From: Myxococcota bacterium
Lineage (GTDB): Bacteria > Myxococcota_A > UBA9042 > PHBI01 > JAWLBL01
Assembly (NCBI GenBank): GCA_041687695.1
Contig: JAWLBL010000019.1
Coordinates: forward strand, 110,685-174,684
Direction: 5' to 3'
Length of the DNA: 64,000 bases
Shown: piece by piece, positions 17,654-28,087 of the stretch
Layout: the number at the start of each line of letters is the position of its first letter
Position numbering within the stretch: position 1 is the stretch's first letter
The notes under the pieces: model-generated
What the model saw: only the letters and a program-made list of their open reading frames with translations
Databases searched by the model: none
Told to the model about the DNA's origin: nothing
Position numbers and translations under genes: made by a program

Positions 17654-20179
17654 ATGGCAGCCGGGAGAGTCGAGCTCGTCGTCCAGGCCGTCGCCGAAGA
17701 TCGGATCACCGCCACCCTGAAGAGCACGTCCAAGGGCCTCGACCAGCTCCGGGAGAAGCTGAAGGACCAAGAGGAAGGGGCCGGGAAGGCGACGACCAAG
17801 TTCGGGAAGTTCACCGAAGGCCTGTCCGGGATCGTGGGCTTCGCGGGCAAGCTCGGGTTGCTGGGAGCGGCGGCCGGGGTCGCCTACAGGGCCGTCGGCG
17901 AGCTGGGCGAGGCGCTGGACGTGGTGGCCGGCGCGAAGGCGGCCGACCAGTTCGACGTGATGACGAAGTCGGTCAGGGGCTTCGAGAGCATCGTCGCGCA
18001 GGCGAAGGAGTCGACCGCCGGGATGATCCCCGAGGGGGAGATCATCCGAGGGGCGGCCCTCTTCAAGTCGTTCGGGTTGGACGTGAACCAGCTCCCGAAG
18101 GCGTTGGAGCAGGTCAGCAAGACGGCGGTGCGGACGGGGGAGGACGCCAAGTTCCTGGCGTCGTCGCTGGTCACCGGCATCTCGCGCATGTCGCCGATGA
18201 TCTTGGACAACCTCGGCCTGACGGTGAAGCTGTCCGACGCCAACGCGCGGGCCGCCGAGATGTTCGGCAAGACCGCCGACGCCTTGGAGGACCAAGAGAA
18301 GAAGGCGGGGATGCTCGCCCTGGCGTTGGACCAGCTCGCCAAGGCGAACGAGCCGGTCGACCTGACCAACTCCCGAACCGCCAGTCTCGAGCGGCTGAGC
18401 GCCGGGTGGGAGAACCTGAAGGGGTCGATTCAGAGCCACCTGGCGGACGCGGCGGTGGCGGTCCTCGACTGGTTCACGACCAGCGACGAGAAGACCAAGA
18501 TCCTGGTCAACGACATCCGGGAGGTGTCGCCCGCGCTCCATGAGATGCAGGCGGCGGCTCGGCAGTCGTTCGACAGCTACATCGCGAGCGTCCAGCGGGC
18601 GATCGATCGCACCCGGGTCCTTCAGGAGATCCAGCTCGAGACCGGGAAGCGCCTCGCCGAGGGCGACGCCGATCGCATCGCTGCGGCCGAACAGGACGCG
18701 CGCGCCAAGGCGGCCGAGCAGTACGACGCCGAGCAGATCGAACGGGTCCAGGCGATCGCCCGGCTGGTGGAGTCGCGCCTCATCACCGAAGAGGAGGCGG
18801 CCAAGCGCATCAAGGCGATCGAAGAAGAGCGGGCGCGGGTGGTCAAACAGGCCGGGGATGCCTCGCGCCGGGTGACCTTCGATGCCCTGCAGGCGGAGGC
18901 GGCGCAGCGGGCGGCTCAGGAGGCGAAGAACAAGGCGCTCGCCGAGGAAATCAAGGCGCAGACCGAGATCAACGAGATGCTGAAGGGGCGCGGCCCCCTG
19001 TTGCTCGAGCTCGGCCGAGTGCAGGCGAAGCTCGCGCAGGCCGAAGGCCTCTCGGCGGAGGAGCGGCTGACGCTGCTTCAGGACGAGTCGCGCCTGATCG
19101 TTGAGGCCAAGCGAGAGCAGGACGCGCTCTACAAGGTGAAGGCGGGTGGGCTCCGGGCAGAGGGCGAGCTGATCGGCTCGAACCTGCGGCTGCAGAAGGC
19201 GCAGCTCGAGGCGCAGGTGAGCCTCACGGAAGAGCAGCGGCGGTCCGCTGCGATGCTCGCGTGGGAGATCCGCCTTCAGGAGATCGATGCCGACCTGCGC
19301 GCCCGGAAGGTCACGGCGGCGCGTGCCGAGTACGAGACCAAGCTGGCCGACCTGGCGCTCCAGAAGGAGCTGGCGAAGCTCGAGAAGGAGTCGACGGCGG
19401 CGGCCGAGAAGGCGGCGGCGAAGGAGGCGGAGAAGGTCGCCAGCCTGCAGACCGAACTCGCGCTCATGGGGGCGCGGAACGAGTCGGAGCGGGAGCTGAT
19501 CCGGCTGCAGGCCGAGATGGACCGGTTGCTCGCCAGCTCGGGGCCGATGGTCTCCGAGAGCGAGTCGCTCCAGCTGCAGATCCTGGCCGAGCGCATCGGC
19601 GCGGTTCACCGCGAGATGGAGAACGCGAAGCTCGCCGACAGCTTCCGGGAGGTCGGGGACAGCCTCTCCTACGCCTTCGACAAGATCGGCCAGTTCAACG
19701 CCGAGCTGCCGGCGGTCGGCACGGCGATCCAGGACATCACGAAGGTCTGGGGCGACTACGCGACCGGACAGACGGGCGTCCAGGACGCGATCGTCGGCAC
19801 CCTGGGGGTGCTCGGGCCGGCGACCGCCCAGTTCGTCGAGGACACCAAGACGAAGGCCGCGATCATGGCGGCGTTCGAGGCCGCGCAGGCGGTGGCCAGC
19901 TACCCGAACGTCCCGGCGATGATCGCCCACGGGGCGGCGGCGGCGATGTTCGGCCTGGTGGCCGGTGGGGTGATCCCCTCGACCGCAACCCCCAAGGGCG
20001 CCGCGACTCCGAAGATGCCGACGCCGGAGCGTCAGCGCGAGCCGGGCGGCTCCGGCGGTCAGCGGACGGTCGTCGTCAACATTAACGGCGGGCTCTCGAC
20101 CGCGCAGGACGTGGCGTGGGCGGTCCGCAAGGCCCTGTCGTCCACCGAGGGCACCGGACGCGAATCGGCGAGGTGGTGA
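17654..20179 (+). CDS. Tape measure protein
   Basis: 841 aa, Ala/Glu-rich helical; ILDNLGL and WENLK motifs; C-terminal VVVNING. Confidence 0.8.
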   Translation: MAAGRVELVVQAVAEDRITATLKSTSKGLDQLREKLKDQEEGAGKATTKFGKFTEGLSGIVGFAGKLGLLGAAAGVAYRAVGELGEALDVVAGAKAADQFDVMTKSVRGFESIVAQAKESTAGMIPEGEIIRGAALFKSFGLDVNQLPKALEQVSKTAVRTGEDAKFLASSLVTGISRMSPMILDNLGLTVKLSDANARAAEMFGKTADALEDQEKKAGMLALALDQLAKANEPVDLTNSRTASLERLSAGWENLKGSIQSHLADAAVAVLDWFTTSDEKTKILVNDIREVSPALHEMQAAARQSFDSYIASVQRAIDRTRVLQEIQLETGKRLAEGDADRIAAAEQDARAKAAEQYDAEQIERVQAIARLVESRLITEEEAAKRIKAIEEERARVVKQAGDASRRVTFDALQAEAAQRAAQEAKNKALAEEIKAQTEINEMLKGRGPLLLELGRVQAKLAQAEGLSAEERLTLLQDESRLIVEAKREQDALYKVKAGGLRAEGELIGSNLRLQKAQLEAQVSLTEEQRRSAAMLAWEIRLQEIDADLRARKVTAARAEYETKLADLALQKELAKLEKESTAAAEKAAAKEAEKVASLQTELALMGARNESERELIRLQAEMDRLLASSGPMVSESESLQLQILAERIGAVHREMENAKLADSFREVGDSLSYAFDKIGQFNAELPAVGTAIQDITKVWGDYATGQTGVQDAIVGTLGVLGPATAQFVEDTKTKAAIMAAFEAAQAVASYPNVPAMIAHGAAAAMFGLVAGGVIPSTATPKGAATPKMPTPERQREPGGSGGQRTVVVNINGGLSTAQDVAWAVRKALSSTEGTGRESARW

Positions 20180-20183
20180 CGCG

Positions 20184-21809
20184 ATGGCGACGATCTACAT
20201 CGATACGGTCGCGGGCTCGGACGCTTCGCCTGACGCCACCAACCCGGCGACGCCGGTGCAGACGATCGGCGAGGCGCAGACCCGGGCCACTGTCGGTGAC
20301 AGCACGTTCGGGTCCGGCGACACCATCAAGTACCTGAACGCCGGCCCGGTCCCCCCGATCCCGATCAGCACGAAGGCCGGGCTCACCTACGAGGCGGCCG
20401 ACGGCGGGACTGAGGTCGACGCGACCGGGCAGAGCAGGGGGGTCTACCTCTACAACGGCCAGACCGCGCGCGGCTTCACGGTCCACTCGTCGACCGGCGA
20501 CGGCATCGTGGGCTACACAGCATCGACCAGCGCCCGGCGGGTTCGCGCAGTCGATTGCACCGCCCACGGGAACGCCGGCCATGGCTTCTCCATCGTGGCG
20601 CCGGAATCGGAGATCCACCGCTGCATCGCCCACGACAACGGCGGGCGCGGGTTCCAGACCGGCAACAACGGCTCCTACACGCTCTCCGTGGTGCTCGCGT
20701 TCGACAACGGGACCGGGGGCGTGCGGGTCAGCGGCGCGGGGGCCGTGCTCGAGCACGCGACCGCCTTCGGGAACGCGGGCGCCACCTACGCGATCGAAGT
20801 CAGCTCGAACGCGGTGGCGCGCAGCTGCATCGCCGTCGACAACCCGACCGCCTACGGGATCGGGTCCGACCTGGACGACGTGACCAACAGCTGGTCGTTC
20901 AGCTCGAACCGGTCGCTCTACCACACGACGGCTGACTTCTTCGGCGGCGCGACCCCCACCGGCTGCGGGACCACGGACCCGCTGCTGACGGACCCGTTGG
21001 CGGGCGACTTCACCCTGCAGGTGGGCTCGCCCTGCATCGGGACCGGCGTCACCGGGCTGGCGACGGTCGACCTGGCCGGCGTCGACTTCACGGACCCACC
21101 TTCGATGGGGGCCTACGAGGCGGCGCTGCCGCCGGACCCGCGCAACCGCTGGGACCCCCGGGTGGCGGGCCTGTACGAGGTCACGTCGGGCTGGTCGGGC
21201 TCCGTCAAGGTGACCGTCGACGGCGCCGAGACCTCCGTCACCCCGAGGGCGCGAACCAGCGCGGCCGAGGTCTGGGAAGCGGTGCTCGCGCGGGTCCGGC
21301 GCCTTCACGGGGAGGCGACCCCCTGGGAGGCCTGGGCCGACGCCACGGGGAAGCTGACCCTGGTCGGAGAGGAACTGACCGAAGCGGGGTTCAGGCTGGC
21401 CTTCACCGGCAACGCCGGAGAGCGGCTGGGGTTCGATGAGTCAGGCTACGAGGGCCAGCTCCAGTACACGTCCGAGGCCGGCCCGGACGGGCTCGCCGCG
21501 TTCGGGGTCGACCTGATCGCCGACGGGGCGCCGGCAGTGGCGTTGGCTGAGGCGGCGGCAGTCGCCGATGGGTCGCTCGCCCCGAGCACGCGGAACACGG
21601 CCAGCACGGTCACGCTTTGGGTCTACGACGCGGCGGTGACCGCGTTCGGCTACCGGGCCTTGGTCGGGCGGGTGTTCGACATCCTCGGGCCGGGCGCTCG
21701 TTGGTTGGGGCGGCTGCAGGTGCGCGGGCATCGGGTGGTGAAGCGGGGGCAGTCGTCGGGCGCGCCGGTCATGCTGGCGGAGCTGCGCTGCGAGGCGGTG
21801 GCCCTGTGA
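20184..21809 (+). CDS. Tail protein with right-handed beta-helix and choice-of-anchor-Q-like segment
   Basis: Repeated .N.G.G. units; DFTLQVGSPCIGTG...PSMGAYE. Confidence 0.65.
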   Translation: MATIYIDTVAGSDASPDATNPATPVQTIGEAQTRATVGDSTFGSGDTIKYLNAGPVPPIPISTKAGLTYEAADGGTEVDATGQSRGVYLYNGQTARGFTVHSSTGDGIVGYTASTSARRVRAVDCTAHGNAGHGFSIVAPESEIHRCIAHDNGGRGFQTGNNGSYTLSVVLAFDNGTGGVRVSGAGAVLEHATAFGNAGATYAIEVSSNAVARSCIAVDNPTAYGIGSDLDDVTNSWSFSSNRSLYHTTADFFGGATPTGCGTTDPLLTDPLAGDFTLQVGSPCIGTGVTGLATVDLAGVDFTDPPSMGAYEAALPPDPRNRWDPRVAGLYEVTSGWSGSVKVTVDGAETSVTPRARTSAAEVWEAVLARVRRLHGEATPWEAWADATGKLTLVGEELTEAGFRLAFTGNAGERLGFDESGYEGQLQYTSEAGPDGLAAFGVDLIADGAPAVALAEAAAVADGSLAPSTRNTASTVTLWVYDAAVTAFGYRALVGRVFDILGPGARWLGRLQVRGHRVVKRGQSSGAPVMLAELRCEAVAL

Positions 21810-22471
21810 GGTACCTGATCGGATGGCTCGACAGCGGCTTGCCCGGCTACCGGTCGCTGACCATCGGAGGGACCGGGCACACGATCCCCGACGCCTACCA
21901 GCGGGTGACGGAGGCGGTCGACGCCCTCTCGAGCGAGCTGGCGGCGTCCGGGTGGAGCGCCGAGGTATTGGCGAACGGCCGCGTCAGGCTCACCGGCTCA
22001 TCGGCCGACCTGACCTGGCCGGACCGGCTCGGATGGCTGTTGGGGTTCGAGACCGAACCCGGCGACAGCGACACCGGGAAGACCTCGTTGACGAGCTCGT
22101 CGGTCCCGCCCGGGATCGTCCCGCTCTACGGGGCCGACGTGGAGGCGGTCGACCTGACGCAAGAGGAAGACCTGAGCGTGGATCGCCACCTTCGCGGGCA
22201 CGGTTACGTGTGGGGCGGGGCGGCGGTCTGGCGGGTTCGTGCGATGGCGTCGGCGGAGGCGGTTCGCGCCCTGAAGGCGGGATGGGTCCTCAGGGGAAAG
22301 GTCACGCTGAGCCCGACCTTGCACCCCGCGACCGCCGGGGCCTGGGACGCGGAGACCAACCCGGGCGGCTACTTGGACGGTCACGTCATGGGGTTGGAGT
22401 CGCTGACCTGGCGCGGTGACGCGCGGCTGGTCGCCGACCTGACCCTGCTGTTGGTGAGGGAACCCGCATGA
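21806..22471 (+). CDS. Phage tail protein (distal-tail-like)
   Basis: GTGA overlap with upstream gene; position. Confidence 0.5.
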   Translation: MRYLIGWLDSGLPGYRSLTIGGTGHTIPDAYQRVTEAVDALSSELAASGWSAEVLANGRVRLTGSSADLTWPDRLGWLLGFETEPGDSDTGKTSLTSSSVPPGIVPLYGADVEAVDLTQEEDLSVDRHLRGHGYVWGGAAVWRVRAMASAEAVRALKAGWVLRGKVTLSPTLHPATAGAWDAETNPGGYLDGHVMGLESLTWRGDARLVADLTLLLVREPA

Positions 22472-25005
22472 CGGACGCGACGTTCAGCCGAGCCCTCCAG
22501 CGGGGCCATTCGACCGTCTACAGCCTGACCATCGAAGGCATCCCCTACGTGTGGGTGGAGCGGGAGTACCAGCAGACTTCGGCGTCGGGGGCACCGGCGG
22601 TGCCGGCCGGCTATCTGGGGGCGGTGCCGGCGCTGTTGGTCGACGACGGCCAGAGCATCAGCGTGGAGCTGAAGCGCGAGAGCGGGATCGCCTCGGGGAA
22701 GGCCTGGGACATCGTCCTGAGCTTCGCGGCCCTGGAAGACGCGGAGCTGCTGTCGACGTTGTTCCGCCGGCCGGAGGGGCGGGCGCAGCTGACGGCGGAC
22801 GTGGCGGGCGACGACACCGTCCTGACGGTCGACGACACGGCCGAGGTCGACGACGCCACGCACCTGTACCTGGGGCGCGAGTGCCTGGCCGTCTCGGGGT
22901 CGACGGCGACGACCCTGACCGTCACGCGGGGCGTCGTCGGGTACCCCTACGCCTATCAGGCGCAGAGCCCGTCCAGCTACCGATGGGTGACGACCAGCCC
23001 GACCGTCTGGAAGGGCCGGCTGGTGACGCTGACGGAGCACCTGGTCTCGCCGGAGGGCCGGCTACTCGACGGGACGGTGGGGCAGGTCGGGGACTACTCG
23101 CGGGTGCTCTGGCGGGGCTACCTGGACGGCACCCCGAAGGTGACCGCGAAGGGGATGCAGCTGCGGGCGCAGGCGCTGGTGCGGCTGGCCTCGCAGGACA
23201 TCGGGTTCGAAGTGTCGCTCGAGACGGCGACAAGCCTCACCGGGTCGATGTTCGAGCACCACCTGGACTACCCGATCGTGGTCACGTCGGCCGACACGGT
23301 CCGGGTCCGCATCGTGTGGGACGAAGGGCTCAACTCGGGCGACAACGTCTACACGGTCCCGCAGCTGGACCCGTCGTTCACCCCGACGGTGATGACGTAC
23401 AGCGAATGGTGGGACCTGGTTCGGGCGGACCTCGAGGCCCTGGTCGCGCTGGAACCGTGGTTCAAGGGGCCTGGCTCGCTGTTCGGCTACCACACGTTCC
23501 ACGAGATCGGCCCCGGGAAGGTCGACCATTCCAACCTCATCCTGAAGGAGGATGGGTACGCGCTCGCGGTGACGGTCACGGCCGATGAGGGACGGTGCTA
23601 CTGGTACGAGCCCGGCGCCTACCTGGGCTCCGTCTCGCACACGACGGTCATGGGGGACCTGCACATCCCGGTGGGGCCGACGTTGGGGACGGGCTGGCTG
23701 CCCGTGCGGGTGATCGCCGGGGAGGGGATTCAGGACTACGACATCGGGGACAGCGGGATCGGCGTCGTCGACGGTGACCCGAAGGAGATCCTCCGATGGT
23801 CGGAGGCGCTCGACCTGGGCAGCGACACCATCCGAATGATCTACATCGCCGAGCGGACGATGAACCTCACGGAGCCGGCCGAGCTGTGGGCGGACGGGGT
23901 GAGGATCAAGGCGCTGTCCGGCTACTCGGGGACGCTGATGGATGGTCTGCTGACCCTGTTGACCAGCTCGGGGACCGGGCTGCGCTCGGCCACCTGGGAC
24001 ACCTTGGAACTCGGGATGGGGCTCGGGGTCCCGGAGGCGATGATCGATGTCGACGGCGACGGGGTCACCGCGATCAAGGGCGGGCTCGAGGCGCACGCGG
24101 AGCTGGACCCCACCGCCATCCTGGTCGCCGAGGGGCGCAGCTCCATCGAATCGCTCGCCGGTGGCTGGTTGTCGCTGTCGGGGCTCTGCCTGTCGCAGGC
24201 GGACGGGCTTCTGACGATGGTGGAGACGGATCCGGCCGATGACCCCGACGCGGTGGTGATCACGGCCGACGATGTCCTGGTCGAACGCCTCGAGCCAGAG
24301 GCGGAGGTCGACACCCCGAACGAGGTGCGGATCGACCCGAGCGGGATTGGGGTGGAGCGGACGCAGCTCCTGTTCCGGGACACGACCTCGGTTCAGGCGG
24401 AGGCGCCTCGGACGCGCGACCTGTCGGTTCCCGGGATTGACCCCATCCTGGCGGCCGTCTACGCCCACGGGCTGATCTCTCGCGGGCTCGGCCAGAGCAT
24501 CGTCCGGCTTCGCCTCGCCCCGTGGGCGCGGGTTCAGCCGGGCCAGCGGGTCCGGCTCTCGCTGTCGCACCCGATGCTCTACGACTGGAACGTCGGGGCG
24601 CGGGGGCCGGCGGTGGTGAACGCGCTCGCGCTGGGCGTCGAGACCAACCTGGTCGACGGCACGCACGCGGCGACCTTCATCCTGGCCGGGCTGCAGGACG
24701 TGGCCCGCTACCTCTGCCCGTGCGCCGAGGTAGCGACGGTCGACACGGTCCGGGACGTGACGGTCGACGAGCCCCAGTGGTTCGCGGTCGATGACGTGGT
24801 CACGCTCTACACGCCGGGCGCCGAAGCGAGCGAGCAAGTCACGCGGACCGTGACGGCCATCGCGGGCGCGACGCTGACGTTCGACGCCGACCATCCGGCC
24901 TGGCTGGCGTCCGGCGCCATCGTCACGTACCCGCCGCACGGGGCCGCGAACGACGACCAGCGGACCCACGCCTACGTGCGACCCGACACCCACTGGAGCG
25001 CGTGA
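22468..25005 (+). CDS. Tail tip / hub protein
   Basis: 845 aa, overlap-coupled, position in tail module. Confidence 0.55.
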   Translation: MTDATFSRALQRGHSTVYSLTIEGIPYVWVEREYQQTSASGAPAVPAGYLGAVPALLVDDGQSISVELKRESGIASGKAWDIVLSFAALEDAELLSTLFRRPEGRAQLTADVAGDDTVLTVDDTAEVDDATHLYLGRECLAVSGSTATTLTVTRGVVGYPYAYQAQSPSSYRWVTTSPTVWKGRLVTLTEHLVSPEGRLLDGTVGQVGDYSRVLWRGYLDGTPKVTAKGMQLRAQALVRLASQDIGFEVSLETATSLTGSMFEHHLDYPIVVTSADTVRVRIVWDEGLNSGDNVYTVPQLDPSFTPTVMTYSEWWDLVRADLEALVALEPWFKGPGSLFGYHTFHEIGPGKVDHSNLILKEDGYALAVTVTADEGRCYWYEPGAYLGSVSHTTVMGDLHIPVGPTLGTGWLPVRVIAGEGIQDYDIGDSGIGVVDGDPKEILRWSEALDLGSDTIRMIYIAERTMNLTEPAELWADGVRIKALSGYSGTLMDGLLTLLTSSGTGLRSATWDTLELGMGLGVPEAMIDVDGDGVTAIKGGLEAHAELDPTAILVAEGRSSIESLAGGWLSLSGLCLSQADGLLTMVETDPADDPDAVVITADDVLVERLEPEAEVDTPNEVRIDPSGIGVERTQLLFRDTTSVQAEAPRTRDLSVPGIDPILAAVYAHGLISRGLGQSIVRLRLAPWARVQPGQRVRLSLSHPMLYDWNVGARGPAVVNALALGVETNLVDGTHAATFILAGLQDVARYLCPCAEVATVDTVRDVTVDEPQWFAVDDVVTLYTPGAEASEQVTRTVTAIAGATLTFDADHPAWLASGAIVTYPPHGAANDDQRTHAYVRPDTHWSA

Positions 25006-25994
25006 TGGCCTACGACGTGATCAAGTACGGGACGCTCGCGGGCGGGCTTCGGGGGAACGCTCCGGCGTGGGGGCGCCTCGTCGCGAACCACGACGCGCTG
25101 TACGAGGCCTACGCCCCACCGATCACATATGGGGCGTCGTCGGAGGCGGACCCCCTCGTCGTCGCCGACACCGCCGACGCGAGCCTGTCGGAGACGTACC
25201 AGCCGTACCTCCGCTGGATCGTGCCTCGGGACCTGGACAACGTCCCGGTGGCGGTGACGGTGATCGCGCGCTGCACAGCAAACCAGGTGGGGGTGAAGCT
25301 GGTCAGCGGGGCGAACGAGGACTCCATCGGGGTGGCGTCCCCGACGTGGATCGTCTTCACCCTGACGGTCACCCCGGACGGGTCGCCGGGGCCGGCGCCG
25401 CTCTACGGGCGCGAGGTGCGCCTTGAGATGGCGGCGACTACCGAGCTGGCGACGGCCGCCGACATCCTGACGGTGAGCGCGCACTACGCCCCGACCAGCG
25501 TCCCGTCCGGCGTCCAACCGTCGGGCTGGGCACGCATGGCAAGCTCGCCGGTGACGGACGCTGACGAGCCGCTGACCAGCGAGAGGGTGGCGCGGCTGAT
25601 CAACGGGCCGGTCTACCTGGCGAAGGACCGGCCGGCCTGCGTGGCGTCCATGCTGCAGGACACGGCGGACGCCAACCGGGGCGGCGGTCGCTGGTCGACC
25701 CTCTCGAGCGACTGGGTCACGGCCGGCAAGGTCTCCATCCCCCCGCAGCCCAAGGGGACGCCCCCGATGGTCTACGGGGTCGCGGTCTACACCGGCGGCG
25801 ACGACACGGAGCTAAACCTCACGGTGCCCGGGACTTCGGCCGGCCTGTCGTTCAGCGGGGCAGGGTGGAGCTACGCGACGTTCGCGCACAACAACCCGGG
25901 CGCCCCCCTCAGCGGGTTGGTCCGGCTCCGAACCACGGGCATCAAGGCGAGCCTGCACACGCTGCAGGTGTTCCGCATCGGCGAGGTGAGCTGA
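25002..25994 (+). CDS. Phage tail protein (beta-sandwich-like domains)
   Basis: ORF in tail operon. Confidence 0.55.
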   Translation: MMAYDVIKYGTLAGGLRGNAPAWGRLVANHDALYEAYAPPITYGASSEADPLVVADTADASLSETYQPYLRWIVPRDLDNVPVAVTVIARCTANQVGVKLVSGANEDSIGVASPTWIVFTLTVTPDGSPGPAPLYGREVRLEMAATTELATAADILTVSAHYAPTSVPSGVQPSGWARMASSPVTDADEPLTSERVARLINGPVYLAKDRPACVASMLQDTADANRGGGRWSTLSSDWVTAGKVSIPPQPKGTPPMVYGVAVYTGGDDTELNLTVPGTSAGLSFSGAGWSYATFAHNNPGAPLSGLVRLRTTGIKASLHTLQVFRIGEVS

Positions 25995-25995
25995 G

Positions 25996-26577
25996 ATGGT
26001 GACGAAGGCCCCGCTCGCGACGCCCCTTTCGATGATGGCGCCGGTCGCGCTGACGGACCGGGCGCTCGCCCGCGTGACCCACCTGGCCTACGCAGACATC
26101 AACCAACACACGCTGGCGACCGCGTTCGGTGGACCGGCGACCTGGCTCCCGGTGGACCTCGAGTGCTCGTCACCGGGCGTGCCGACGACCGGCCAGCTCC
26201 TGTACCGGGTTCCGCTCGGGGTGACGCACTTGAAGGTGCGGGCGCGGGTCCAGGGCAGGGGGACGCTGCGCGTGACGAGCACCGACCTGGCCGGCGTCGA
26301 CCTGGACGCGGAGGGCGCGCTTTTCAGCTGGTACACCGACGAGATGGACCCGTCGCTGCTGACGGTCGAGTTCGGGATGTCCGTCTCGACGACCAAGCTG
26401 GACGACACGGCGACGGACGCGCGACGGCACCTGATCGTGTCGGCGTCCAGCGCGATGGCCTGGCAGGACGTGATCCTTCACCTGTCGCTGGACGCGGCGA
26501 CGGCGGACGTTCACGAGTTCGCGAAGCTCTACAGCCTGGCTCTCGAGCCGCTGCACCCGCTGCTGGCGGCCAGCTAG
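25996..26577 (+). CDS. Phage tail protein
   Basis: ORF in tail operon; GAGGTG RBS. Confidence 0.5.
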   Translation: MVTKAPLATPLSMMAPVALTDRALARVTHLAYADINQHTLATAFGGPATWLPVDLECSSPGVPTTGQLLYRVPLGVTHLKVRARVQGRGTLRVTSTDLAGVDLDAEGALFSWYTDEMDPSLLTVEFGMSVSTTKLDDTATDARRHLIVSASSAMAWQDVILHLSLDAATADVHEFAKLYSLALEPLHPLLAAS

Positions 26578-26714
26578 AGGGGTTCGCAGCCCATGATCTG
26601 CCGGGCCATGTCGCCGCCGGGACAGCACTGGGTCCCGGGCTCGTAGCCGGTCGGCATGTCGGCCTCGCACCCGGCGAGAAGGGCGGCGAGCGCGCAAACG
26701 ATCAAGCTCCGCAT
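26574..26714 (-). CDS. Small lipoprotein, 46 aa (not in ORF track)
   Basis: Hand translation MRSLIVCALAALLAGCEADMPTGYEPGTQCCPGGDMARQIMGCEPL; lipobox LAGC. Confidence 0.6.
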   Translation of the reverse strand: MRSLIVCALAALLAGCEADMPTGYEPGTQCCPGGDMARQIMGCEPL

Positions 26715-26809
26715 GGTGGTCACCCGTTGAGATGGAGGTCGGCACCGGTCCTATCGCACGTAGGCCAGTGAAGGCGCAGTCGAGCGCCCCCAATCGAAGA
26801 GGCGGCACG

Positions 26810-27295
26810 ATGGCAACCTACGGAGACAAGAGGAAGGCGCACGTCGAACCGGTGCGCGTGGTCGGCATCGGGACGGACGTGGCCGAACCGGGCGCGACCA
26901 TCGATGGCGTCACGATGGTCGTCGGGGACAGCGTGGCGGTGCTCGGTGTCGAGGGCGCGGGGATCTACGACTGGAACGGCGCGGCCGTCCCGATGACACG
27001 GCGCGACGACCGTCCGATCGGCTTCACCGCCGGGACGGCGTTCGTGGTGCTCGAGGGCGACGACTGGGGCGGGAGGATCATCGCGGTCACGGACGCCGAA
27101 GAGGGGATGCCCGTCGTGCTGACGCCGGCTCGCCACAACTTCAGCGCGACCTCCGCCCCGACGGCCGCCGACGACGAGGACAGCCTCTACGGGCCGGGCT
27201 CCATGTGGGTCGACACCGTGGCGGGTACCGCCTACCTCTGCACTAGCGGGGCGACCGGCGCCGCCGTCTGGAAGCAGTTCACGTTCGTCGCCTGA
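26810..27295 (+). CDS. Virion fibre / decoration-like protein
   Basis: GATIDGVTM..GD.V and YGPGSMWVDT...GAAVW motifs seen in fibre proteins. Confidence 0.55.
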   Translation: MATYGDKRKAHVEPVRVVGIGTDVAEPGATIDGVTMVVGDSVAVLGVEGAGIYDWNGAAVPMTRRDDRPIGFTAGTAFVVLEGDDWGGRIIAVTDAEEGMPVVLTPARHNFSATSAPTAADDEDSLYGPGSMWVDTVAGTAYLCTSGATGAAVWKQFTFVA

Positions 27296-27324
27296 TCGGC
27301 GGGCTTCCGACGGAGGGTTCCACG

Positions 27325-27651
27325 ATGACCGAGACCACGAAGAGGCACCCGCACGCGAAGATCGTCGCCGCCATCATCGCCGCCTTGGTGGCGATCGGCG
27401 GCGGGGTCTACGGGCTGGGCGAGACCGAAGGCGTGACCACGGTGACGACCGCGACCGTGCAGGGCCTGGACGCCCGGGTCGCGGCCAACACGGTGGCGAT
27501 CGCCGAGATCCGTGTCCAACAGGAGGCGGCCAACCAGGTGCTCGTTCGGCTGGACCGGACGATCGAACGCCTGGACGTGACGCTGGCCGAACTCGCCCGC
27601 GTCGTCGCCCGCATGGAGGGGCGCGACGCCATCCTGGGCACGAGCAAGTGA
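27325..27651 (+). CDS. Single-TM coiled-coil protein (holin- or i-spanin-like)
   Basis: N-terminal TM plus coiled coil; GGAGG RBS. Confidence 0.5.
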   Translation: MTETTKRHPHAKIVAAIIAALVAIGGGVYGLGETEGVTTVTTATVQGLDARVAANTVAIAEIRVQQEAANQVLVRLDRTIERLDVTLAELARVVARMEGRDAILGTSK

Positions 27652-28001
27652 AGCGGGTCCTGTTCGCGGCGCTGCTGGCCGGCTGTTCGGTCGACCTGCA
27701 GCGCCGGCCTGACCAGTTCCCCCCGCTCGAGCTGGGCGCCGGGCCATGCACGGTGACGATCGCGTCCGAACACGCGACCGTCACCATCCACCTGGGCGAC
27801 GTGTCCGCGCTGGTCGTCAGAGAGGCGACGGTCCGAGCCCTCAAGGGGCTGGCCGGTCAGGGCCTACAGGTCACGCCGATGATGATCGCACTCGTCGAGG
27901 GGCTCACGATTGCCGGGGTCGACGAGGGGCTCTGCCGGGTCCTCGACAAGGCCCGCAGCCATCTCAACGGCCGACTGGACCTGCTGGTCGAACGACGCTG
28001 A
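27648..28001 (+). CDS. Lipoprotein (o-spanin-like?)
   Basis: MKRVLFAALLAGC lipobox; GTGA overlap. Confidence 0.55.
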   Translation: MKRVLFAALLAGCSVDLQRRPDQFPPLELGAGPCTVTIASEHATVTIHLGDVSALVVREATVRALKGLAGQGLQVTPMMIALVEGLTIAGVDEGLCRVLDKARSHLNGRLDLLVERR

Positions 28002-28087
28002 CGCGGGCTCGACGCTTCCCGCTTGCTCGCGACTAGCGTGTTCCTCTTGAGACCGTTTCCCTAGCGGCCCGCCACAGAGCCTTGCAG

